Shown: positions 1 to 12,900 of the stretch, piece after piece
Position numbering within the stretch: position 1 is the stretch's first letter
Layout: each line of letters starts with the position of its first letter
Assembly: GCA_964016885.1 (NCBI GenBank)
Contig: OZ024740.1
Coordinates: 6,138,001 to 6,202,000, forward strand
DNA: 64,000 bases
DNA from: Eledone cirrhosa
Taxonomy: Eukaryota
Direction: 5' to 3'
Position numbers and translations under genes: made by a program
Notes under the pieces: model-generated
Told to the model about the DNA's origin: nothing
The model's database searches: none
Seen by the model: only the letters and a program-made list of their open reading frames with translations

Positions 1-3000
1 ACCAAAGCTATTTATTCATAAATATTCATAGAACTGTTATATATATGATTGTATAGTGTCCTTAGTAGAACTACTACACCAAAGAGATTTATACCAAAAT
101 ATTCATAGAACTGGTATATATATGATTGTATAATGTCCGAAGTAGAAATACTTCACCAAACAGATTTATACCAAAATATTCATAGAACTGGTATATATAT
201 GATTGTATAATGTCCTTAGTAGAAATTCTTCACCAAACAGATTTATACCAAAATATCCAGAGAACTGGTATATATATGATTGCATAACGTCCTTAGTAGA
301 AATACTTAACCAAAGAGATTTATACTAAAATATTCTTAGAACAGGTATATATATGATTGTGTAGTGTCCTTAGGAGAATTACTTCACCAAACAGATTCAT
401 ACCAAAATATTCATAGAACTGGTATATATATATGATTGTATAGTGTCCTTAGTAGAAGTTCTTCACCAAAGATTTTATACCAGAATATTCATAGAACTGT
501 TATATATATGATTGTATAGTGTCCTTAGTAGAAATTCTTCACCAAAGAGATTGATACCAAAATATTCATAGAACTAGTATATATATGATTGTATAATTTC
601 CTTAGTAGAAATTCTTCACCAAACAGATTTATACCAAAATATTCAGAGAACTGGTTTATATATGATTGTATACTGTCCTTAGTAGAAATTCTTCCCCAAA
701 GAAATTTATACTCAAATATTCATAGAACCGTAATATATATGATATTATAGTGTCCTTTGTAGAAATTCTTCTCCAAAGAGATTTATACTGAAAATATTCT
801 TAGAATTGGTATATATATGATTGTGTAGTGTCCTTAGTAGAAATAATTCACCAAAGAGATGTATACCAAATTATTCATAGAACTGGTATATTTATGATAG
901 TATAGTGTCCTTAGTAGAAATTCTTCACTAAAGAGATTGATACCAAAATATTCATAGAACAGGTATATTTATGATTGCATAGTGTCCTTAGTAGAAATAC
1001 TTCACCAAAGAGATTTATACCAAAATATTCATAGAACTGGTATATTTATGATTGTATGGTGTCCTTAGTAGAAATACTTCACGAAATAGATTTATACCAA
1101 AATATTCATAGAACTGGTATATATATGATTGTATAGTGTCCTTAGTAGAAATTCTTAAGCAAAGAAATTTATACCAAAATATTTATAGAACTGGTATATA
1201 TATGATTGTATAGTGTCCATCGTAGAAATTCTTAAGCAAAGAAATTTATACCAAAATATTCATAGAACTGGTATATATATGATTGTATAGAGTTCTTAGT
1301 AGGAATTTTACACCAAAGGGATTTATACCAAAATATTAATAGAATCGCTTTATATATGATTGTATAGTGTCCTTAGTAGAAATACATCACCAAAGACATT
1401 TATACCAAAATATTCATAGAACGGGTATATATATGATTGTATAGTGTCTTTAGTAGAAATACTTCACCAAAGAGATTTATACCAAAATATTCACAGAACT
1501 GGTATATATATGATTGTATAGTGTACTTAGTAGAAGTTCTTCACCAAAGATTTTATACCAGAATATTCATAGAACTGTTATATATATGATTGTGTAATGT
1601 CCTTAGTAGAAAATCTTCACCAAACAGATTTATACCAAAATATTCATAGAACTGGTATATATATGATTCTATAGTGTCCTTAGTATGAATTCTTCACCAA
1701 AGCGATTTATTCAAAAATATTCATAGAACTGGTATATATATGATTGTATAGTGTCCTTTGTAGAAGTTCTTCACCAAAGATTTTATACCAGAATATTCAT
1801 AGAACTGGAATATATATGATTGTATAGAGTTCTTAGTAGAAATTTTTCACCAAAGAGATTTATACCAAAATATTAATAGAACCGGTTTATATATGATTGT
1901 ATTGTGTCCTTAGTAGAAATACATCACCAAAGACATTTATACCAAAATATTCATAGAACGGGTATATATATGATTGTATAGTGTCTTTAGTAGAAATACT
2001 TCACCAAAGAGATTTATACCAAAGTATTCACAGAACTGGTATATATATGATTGTATAGTGTCCTTAGTAGAAATTCTTCACCAAAGAGATTCATACCAAA
2101 ATATTCATAGAACTGGTATATATATAATTGTATAGTGTCCTTAGTAGAAGTTCTTCACCAAAGATTTTATACCAGAATATTCATAGAACTATTATATATA
2201 TGATTGTATAGTTTCCTTAGTAGAAATTCTTCACCAAAGAGATTGATACCCATATATTCATAGAACTGGTATATATATGTTTGTATAATGTCCTTAGTAG
2301 AAGTTCTTCACCAAACAGATTTATACCAAAATATTCAGAGAACTGGTATATATATGATTGCATAACGTCCTTAGTAGAAATACTTCACTAAACAGATTTA
2401 TACCAAAATATTCATAGAACTGGTATATATATGATTGCAGAGTGTCCTGAGTAGAAATTCTTAAGCAAAGAAATTTATACCAAAATATTCATAGAACTGT
2501 TATATATATGATTGTATAGTGTTATTAGTAGAAATTTACCACCAAAGATATTGGTACCAAAATATTCATAGAACAGGTATATTTATGATTGTATAGTGTC
2601 CTTAGTAGAAATTCTTCCCCAAAGAGATTTATACTCAAATATTCATAGAACTGTTATATATATGATTGTATAGTGTCCCTAGTAGAAATTCTTCACCAAA
2701 GAGATTCATACCAAAGTATTCATAGAACTGGTATATATATGATTCTATAGTGTCCTTAGTATGAATTCTTCACCAAAGCTATTTATTCATAAATATTCAT
2801 AGAACTGTTATATATATGATTGTATAGTGTCCTTAGTAGAAATACTTCACCAAAGAGATTTATACCAAAATATTCATAGAACTGGTATATATATGATTGT
2901 ATAATGTCCGAAGTAGAAATACTTCACCAAACAGATTTATACCAAAATATTCATAGAACTGGTATATATATGATTGTATAATGTCCTTAGTAGAAATTCT

Positions 3001-6000
3001 TCACCAAACAGATTTATACCAAAATATTCAGAGAACTGGTATATATATGATTGCATAATGTCCTTAGTAGAAATACTTCACCAAAGAGATTTATACTAAA
3101 ATATTCTTAGAACAGGTATATATATGATTGTGTAGTGACCTTAGTAGAAATACTTCACCAAAGAGATTTATACCGAAATATTCATAGAACAGGTATATAT
3201 ATGATTGTATAGTGTCCTTAGTAGAAATTCTTCACTAAAGAGATTGATACCAAAATATTCATAGAACAGGTATATTTATGATTGCATAATGTCCTTTGTA
3301 GAAATACATCACCAAAGAGATTTATACCAAAATATTCATAGAACTGGTATATTTATGATTGTATAGTGCCCTTAGTAGAAATACTTCACCAAAGAGATTT
3401 ATACCAAAATATTCATAGAACTGGTATATATATGATTGCATAACGTCCTTAGTAGAAATACTTCACTAAACAGATTTATACCAAAATATTCATAGAACTG
3501 GTATATATATGATTGTATAGTGTACTTAGTAGAAATTCTTAAGCAAAGAAATTTATACCAAAATATTCATAGAACTGTTATATATATGATTGTATAGTGT
3601 CCTTAGAAGAAATTCTTCACCAAAGAGATTGATACCAAAATATTCATAGAACAGGTATATTTATGATTGTATAGTGTCCTTAGTAGAAATTCTTCACCAA
3701 AGAGATTTATACCAAAATATTCATAGAACAGGTATATTTGTGATTGCATAGTGTCCTTAGTAGAAATACTTCACGAAAGAGATTCATACCAAAATATTCA
3801 TAGAACTGGTATATATATGATTGTATAGTGTCCTTAGTAGAAATTCTTCACCAAAGACTTTATACCAAAATATACATAGAATTGGTATAGATATGATTGT
3901 ATAGTGTCCTTATTAGAAATACTTCACGAAAGAGATTTTTACCAAAATATTCATAGAACTGGTATATATAAGATTGCATAGTGTCCTTAGTAGAAATACT
4001 TCACCAAAGAGATTCATACCAAAATATTCATAGAACTGGTATATATAAGATTGTATAGTGTCCTTAGTAGAAATTCTTCACCAAAGAGATTTATACCAAT
4101 ATATTCACAGAACTGGTATATATAAGATTGTATAGTGTCCTTAGTAGAAATACTTCACCAAAGAGATTTATACCAAAATATTCATAGAACTGGTATATTT
4201 ATGATTGTATAGTGTCCTTAGTAGAAATACGTCACCAAAGAGATTTATACTAAAATATTCATAGAACTGTTATATATATGATTGTGTAGTGTCCTTCGTA
4301 GAAATTCTTCACCAAACAGATTTATATCAAAATATTCATAGAACTGTTATATATATGATTGTATAGTGTCCTTAGTAGAAATTCTTCTCCAAAGAGATTT
4401 ATACTAAAATATTCTTAGAACTGGTGTATATATGATTGTGTAGTGTCCTTAGTAGAAATACTTTACCAAAGAGATGTATACCAAAATATTCATAGTAGTG
4501 GTATATATATGATTGTATAGTTTTCTTAGTAGAAACTCTTCACCAAAGATTTTATACCAAAATATTCATAGAACTGGTATATATATGATCGTATAGTGTC
4601 CTTATTAGAAATACTTCATCAAAGAGATTTATATTAAAATATTCATAGAACTGGTATATATATGATTGTATAGTGTCCTTAGTAGAAATTCTACACCAAT
4701 GAGATTCATACCAAAATATTCATAGAACTTGTATATTCATGATTGTATAGTGTCCTGAGTAGAACTTCTTCACCAAAGAGATTTATACCAAAATATTCAT
4801 AGAACTGGTATATTTATGATTGTATAGTGTCCTTAGTAGAAATACTTCACCAAAGAGATTTATACCAAAATATTCATAGAAGTGGTATATATATGATTGT
4901 ATAATGTCCTTATTAGAAATACGTCACCAAAGTGATTTATACCAAAATATTCATAGAACTGGTATATATATGATTATATAATGTCCTTAGTAGAAATTCT
5001 TCACCAAACAGATTTATACAAAAATATTCATAGTACTGGTATATATATGATTGTATAGTGTCACTAGTAGAAATTCTTCACCAAAGAGATTTATACCAAA
5101 ATATTTATACAACTGGTATATATATGATTCTATAGTGTCCTTTGTATGAATTCTTCACCAAAGCGATTTATTCAAAAATATCCATAGAACTGGTATATAC
5201 ATGATTGTATAGTGTCCTTTGTAGAAATTCTTCACCAAAGAGAGTGATACCAAAATATTCATAGAACAGGTATATTTATGATTGTATAGTGTCCTTAGTA
5301 GAAATTCTTCACTAAAGAGATTGATACCAAAATATTCATAGAACAGGTATATTTATGATTGTATAGTGTCCTTAGTAGAAATTCTTAAGCAAAGAAATTT
5401 ATACCGAAATATTTATAGAACTGGTATATATATGATTGTATAGTGTCCATCGTAGAAATTCTTAAGCAAAGAAATTTATACCAAAATATTCATAGAACTG
5501 GTATATATATGATTGTATAGAGTTCTTAGTAGAAATTTTACACCAAAGAGATTTATACCAAAATATTAATAGAATCGCTTTATATATGATTGTATAGTGT
5601 CCTTATTAGAAATACATCACCAAAGAGATTTATACCAAAATATTCACAGAACTGGTATATATATGATTGTATAGTGTCCTTAGTAGAAATTCTTCACCAA
5701 AGAGATTCATACCAAAATATTCATAGAACTGGTATATATATGATTGTATAGTGTACTTAGTAGAAGTTCTTCACCAAAGATTTAATACCAGAATATTCAT
5801 AGAACTGTTATATATATGATTGTATAGTGTCCTTAGTAGAAATTCTTAAGCAAAGAAATTTATACCAAAATATTTATAGAACTGGTATATATATGATTGT
5901 ATAGTGTCCATCGTAGAAATTCTTAAGCAAAGAAATTTATACCAAAATATTCATAGAACTGGTATATATATGATTGTATAGTGTCCTTAGTAGAAGTTCT

Positions 6001-9000
6001 TCACCAAACAGATTTATACCAAAATATTCAGAGAACTGGTATATATATGATTGTATAATGTCCTTAGTAGAAATTCTTCACCAAACAGATTTATACCAAA
6101 ATATTCAGAGAACTGGTTTATATATGATTGTATAGTGTCCTTAGTAGAAATTCTTCCCCAAAGAGATTTATACTCAAATATTCATAGAACTGTTATATAT
6201 ATGATTGTATAGTGTCCCTAGTAGAAATTCTTCACTAAAGAGATTCATACCAAAGTATTCATAGAACTGGTATAGATATGATTCTATAGTGTCCTTAGTA
6301 TGAATTCTTCACCAAAGCTATTTATTCATAAATATTCATAGAACTGTTATATATATGATTGTATAGTGTCCTTAGTAGAACTACTACACCAAAGAGATTT
6401 ATACCAAAATATTCATAGAACTGGTATATATATGATTGTATAATGTCCGAAGTAGAAATACTTCACCAAACAGATTTATACCAAAATATTCATAGAACTG
6501 GTATATATATGATTGTATAATGTCCTTAGTAGAAATTCTTCACCAAACAGATTTATACCAAAATATCCAGAGAACTGGTATATATATGATTGCATAACGT
6601 CCTTAGTAGAAATACTTAACCAAAGAGATTTATACTAAAATATTCTTAGAACAGGTATATATATGATTGTGTAGTGTCCTTAGGAGAAATACTTCACCAA
6701 ACAGATTCATACCAAAATATTCATAGAACTGGTATATATATATGATTGTATAGTGTCCTTAGTAGAAGTTCTTCACCAAAGATTTTATACCAGAATATTC
6801 ATAGAACTGTTATATATATGATTGTATAGTGTCCTTAGTAGAAATTCTTCACCAAAGAGATTGATACCAAAATATTCATAGAACTAGTATATATATGATT
6901 GTATAATTTCCTTAGTAGAAATTCTTCACCAAACAGATTTATACCAAAATATTCAGAGAACTGGTTTATATATGATTGTATACTGTCCTTAGTAGAAATT
7001 CTTCCCCAAAGAAATTTATACTCAAATATTCATAGAACCGTAATATATATGATATTATAGTGTCCTTTGTAGAAATTCTTCTCCAAAGAGATTTATACTG
7101 AAAATATTCTTAGAATTGGTATATATATGATTGTGTAGTGTCCTTAGTAGAAATAATTCACCAAAGAGATGTATACCAAATTATTCATAGAACTGGTATA
7201 TTTATGATAGTATAGTGTCCTTAGTAGAAATTCTTCACTAAAGAGATTGATACCAAAATATTCATAGAACAGGTATATTTATGATTGCATAGTGTCCTTA
7301 GTAGAAATACTTCACCAAAGAGATTTATACCAAAATATTCATAGAACTGGTATATTTATGATTGTATGGTGTCCTTAGTAGAAATACTTCACGAAATAGA
7401 TTTATACCAAAATATTCATAGAACTGGTATATATATGATTGTATAGTGTCCTTAGTAGAAATTCTTAAGCAAAGAAATTTATACCAAAATATTTATAGAA
7501 CTGGTATATATATGATTGTATAGTGTCCATCGTAGAAATTCTTAAGCAAAGAAATTCATACCAAAATATTCATAGAACTGGTATATATATGATTGTATAG
7601 AGTTCTTAGTAGGAATTTTACACCAAAGGGATTTATACCAAAATATTAATAGAATCGCTTTATATATGATTGTATAGTGTCCTTAGTAGAAATACATAAC
7701 CAAAGACATTTATACCAAAATATTCATAGAACGGGTATATATATGATTGTATAGTGTCTTTAGTAGAAATACTTCACCAAAGAGATTTATACCAAAATAT
7801 TCACAGAACTGGTATATATATGATTGTATAGTGTACTTAGTAGAAGTTCTTCACCAAAGATTTTATACCAGAATATTCATAGAACTGTTATATATATGAT
7901 TGTGTAATGTCCTTAGTAGAAAATCTTCACCAAACAGATTTATACCAAAATATTCATAGAACTGGTATATATATGATTCTATAGTGTCCTTAGTATGAAT
8001 TCTTCACCAAAGCGATTTATTCAAAAATATTCATAGAACTGGTATATATATGATTGTATAGTGTCCTTTGTAGAAGTTCTTCACCAAAGATTTTATACCA
8101 GAATATTCATAGAACTGGTATATATATGATTGTATAGAGTTCTTAGTAGAAATTTTTCACCAAAGAGATTTATACCAAAATATTAATAGAACCGGTTTAT
8201 ATATGATTGTATTGTGTCCTTAGTAGAAATACATCACCAAAGACATTTATACCAAAATATTCATAGAACGGGTATATATATGATTGTATAGTGTCTTTAG
8301 TAGAAATACTTCACCAAAGAGATTTATACCAAAGTATTCACAGAACTGGTATATATATGATTGTATAGTGTCCTTAGTAGAAATTCTTCACCAAAGAGAT
8401 TCATACCAAAATATTCATAGAACTGGTATATATATAATTGTATAGTGTCCTTAGTAGAAGTTCTTCACCAAAGATTTTATACCAGAATATTCATAGAACT
8501 ATTATATATATGATTGTATAGTTTCCTTAGTAGAAATTCTTCACCAAAGAGATTGATACCCATATATTCATAGAACTGGTATATATATGTTTGTATAATG
8601 TCCTTAGTAGAAGTTCTTCACCAAACAGATTTATACCAAAATATTCAGAGAACTGGTATATATATGATTGCATAACGTCCTTAGTAGAAATACTTCACTA
8701 AACAGATTTATACCAAAATATTCATAGAACTGGTATATATATGATTGCAGAGTGTCCTTAGTAGAAATTCTTAAGCAAAGAAATTTATACCAAAATATTC
8801 ATAGAACTGTTATATATATGATTGTATAGTGTTATTAGTAGAAATTTACCACCAAAGATATTGGTACCAAAATATTCATAGAACAGGTATATTTATGATT
8901 GTATAGTGTCCTTAGTAGAAATTCTTCCCCAAAGAGATTTATACTCAAATATTCATAGAACTGTTATATATATGATTGTATAGTGTCCCTAGTAGAAATT

Positions 9001-9910
9001 CTTCACCAAAGAGATTCATACCAAAGTATTCATAGAACTGGTATATATATGATTCTATAGTGTCCTTAGTATGAATTCTTCACCAAAGCTATTTATTCAT
9101 AAATATTCATAGAACTGTTATATATATGATTGTATAGTGTCCTTAGTAGAAATACTTCACCAAAGAGATTTATACCAAAATATTCATAGAACTGGTATAT
9201 ATATGATTGTATAATGTCCGAAGTAGAAATACTTCACCAAACAGATTTATACCAAAATATTCATAGAACTGGTATATATATGATTGTATAATGTCCTTAG
9301 TAGAAATTCTTCACCAAACAGATTTATACCAAAATATTCAGAGAACTGGTATATATATGATTGCATAATGTCCTTAGTAGAAATACTTCACCAAAGAGAT
9401 TTATACTAAAATATTCTTAGAACAGGTATATATATGATTGTGTAGTGACCTTAGTAGAAATACTTCACCAAAGAGATTTATACCGAAATATTCATAGAAC
9501 AGGTATATATATGATTGTATAGTGTCCTTAGTAGAAATTCTTCACTAAAGAGATTGATACCAAAATATTCATAGAACAGGTATATTTATGATTGCATAAT
9601 GTCCTTTGTAGAAATACATCACCAAAGAGATTTATACCAAAATATTCATAGAACTGGTATATTTATGATTGTATAGTGCCCTTAGTAGAAATACTTCACC
9701 AAAGAGATTTATACCAAAATATTCATAGAACTGGTATATATATGATTGCATAACGTCCTTAGTAGAAATACTTCACTAAACAGATTTATACCAAAATATT
9801 CATAGAACTGGTATATATATGATTGTATAGTGTACTTAGTAGAAATTCTTAAGCAAAGAAATTTATACCAAAATATTCATAGAACTGTTATATATATGAT
9901 TGTATAGTGT
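1..9910 (+). repeat. Higher-order duplication: 1-3600 repeated at 6311-9910 (offset 6310, ~82 monomers)
   Basis: The rare variant ACCAAAGCTATTTATTCATAAAT followed by GAACTACTACACC occurs at 1 and 6311. The lines stay colinear until 3600/9910, with about 5 substitutions spotted. Confidence 0.93.
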
Positions 9911-12900
9911 TATTAGTAGAAATTTACCACCAAAGATATTGGTACCAAAATATTCATAGAACAGGTATATTTATGATTGTATAGTGTCCTTAGTAGAAAT
10001 TCTTCACCAAAGAGATTTATTCCAAAATATTCATAGAACTGGTATATTTATGATTTTATAGAGTCCTTAGTAGGAATTCCTAAGCAAAGAAATTTATACC
10101 AAAATATTCATAGAACTGGTATATATATATGATTGTATAGTGTCCTTTGTAGAAATTCTTCACCAAAGATTTTATACCAAAATATTCATAGCACTGGTAT
10201 ATATATGATTGTATAGTTTCCTTAGTAGAAACTCTTCACCAAAGATTTTATACCCAAATATTCATAGAACTGGTATATATATGATTATATAATGTCCTTA
10301 TTAGAAATACTTCACCAATGAGATTCATACCAAAATATTCACAGAATTTGTATATATATGATTGTATAGTGTCCATAGCAGAAATTCTTCACCAAAGATA
10401 TTTATACCAAAATATTCATAGAACTGGTATATTTATGATTGTATAATGTCCTTAGTAGAAATACTTCAACAAACAGATTTATACCAACATATTCATAGAA
10501 CTGGTATATATATGATTATATAGTGTCCTTAGTAGAAATTCTTAAGCAAAGAAATTCATACCAAATATTCATAGAACTGGTATATATATGATTGTATAGT
10601 GTCCTTCGTAGAAATTCTTAAGCCAAGAAATTTATACAAAAATATTCATAGAACTGGTATATATATGATTGTATAGTGTTCTTAGTAGAAATTCTTCACC
10701 AAAGAGATTTATACCAAAATATTCATAGAACTGGTTTATATATGATTGTATAGTGTCCTTAGTAGAACTGCTTCTCCAAAGAGATTTATACCCAAATATT
10801 CATAGAACTGTTATATATATGATTGTATAGTGTCCTTAGTAGAATTTCTTCACCAAAGAGATTTATACCAAAATAGTCATAGAACTGGTATATATATGAT
10901 TGTATAGTGTCGTTAGTAGAAATACTTCCCCAAAGAGATTTATACCAAAATATTCATAGAACTGGTTTATATATGATTGTATAGTTTCCCTAGTAGAAAT
11001 TCTTCACCAGAGAGATTCATACCAAAATATTCATAGAACTGGTATATATATATGATTGTATAGTGTCCTTAGTAGAAATTCTTCTCCAAAGAGATTTATA
11101 CTAAAATATTCTTAGAACAGATATATATATGATTGTGTAGTGTCCTTAGTAGAAATACTTCCCCAAAGAGATGTATACCAAAATATTCATAGCAGTGGTA
11201 TATATATGATTGTATAGTGTCCTTAGTAGAAATTCTTCACCAAAGAGTTTTATACCAAAATATTCATAGAACTGGTATATATATGATTGTATACTGTCCT
11301 TATTAGAAATACATCACCAGAGAGATTTATACCAAAATATTCATAGAACTGGTATATATATGATTGTATAGTGTCCTTAGTAGAAATACTTCACCAAAGA
11401 GATTTATACCAAAATATTCACAGAACTGGTATATGTATGATTGTATAGTGTACTTAGTAGAAATTCTTCACCAAAGAGATTGATACCAAGATATTCATAG
11501 AACTGGTATATATATGATTGTATAGTGTCCTTAGTAGAAATACTTCACCAAAGTGATTTATACCCAAATATTCATAGAACTGGTATATATATGATTGTAT
11601 AGTGTCCTCAGTAGAAATTCTTCACCAAAGAGATTGATACCAAAATATTCATAGAACAGGTATATTTATGATTGTATAGTGTCCTTATTAGAAATACTTC
11701 ACGAAAGAGATTTATACCAAAATATTCATAGAACTGGTATATTTATGATTGTATAGTGTCCTTAGTAGAAATACTTCACCAAACAGATTTATAGCAAAAT
11801 ATTCATAGAACGGGTATATATATGATTGTATAGTGTCCTTCGTAGAAATTCTTAAGGAAAGAAATTTATACCAAAATATTCATAGAACTGGTATATATAC
11901 CAAAATATTCATAGCAATGTTATATATATGATTGCATAGTGTTCTTAGTAGAAATTCTTCACCAAAGAGATTTATACCAAAATATTCATAGAACTGGTTT
12001 ATATATGATTGTATAGTGATCTTAGTAGAAATACTTAACCAAAGAGATTTATACCAAAATATTCATAGAACGGGTATATATATGATTGTATAGTGTCCTT
12101 AGTTGAAATTCTTAAGCAAAGAAATTTATACCAAAATATTCATAGAACGGGTATATATATGATTGTATAGTGTTCTTAGTAGAAATGCTTCTCCAAAGAG
12201 ATTTATACCCAAATATTCATAGAACTGTTATATATATGATTGTATAGTGTCCTTAGTAGAAATTCTTCACCAAAGAGATTTATATCAAAATAGTCATAGA
12301 ACTGGTATATATATATGATTGTATAGTGTCCTTAGTAGAAATACTTCCCCAAAGAGATTTATACCATAATATTCATAGAACTGGTATATATATGATTGTA
12401 TAGTTTCCCTAGTAGAAATTCTTCACCAGAGAGATTCATACCAAAATATTCATAGAACTGGTATATATATATGATTGTATAGTGTCCTTAATAGCAATTC
12501 TTCTCCAAAGAGATTTATACCAAATTATTCATAGAAGTGGTATATATATGATTGTATAGTGTCCTTAGTAGAAACTCTTCACCAAAGATTTTATACCAGA
12601 ATATTCATAGAACTGGTATATATATGATTGTATAATGTCCTTATTAGAAATACTTCACAAGAGAGATTTATACCAAAATATTCATAGAACTGGTATATAT
12701 ATGATTGTATAGGGTCCTTAGTAGAAATTCTTCACCAACGAGATTTATACCCAAATATTCATAGAACTGGTATATATATGATTTTATAGTGTCCTTAGTA
12801 GAAATTCTTCACCAAAGAGATTCATACCAAAATATTCATAGAACTGGTATATATATGATTGTATAGTGTCCTTAGTAGAAATTCTTCACCAAAGAGATTC

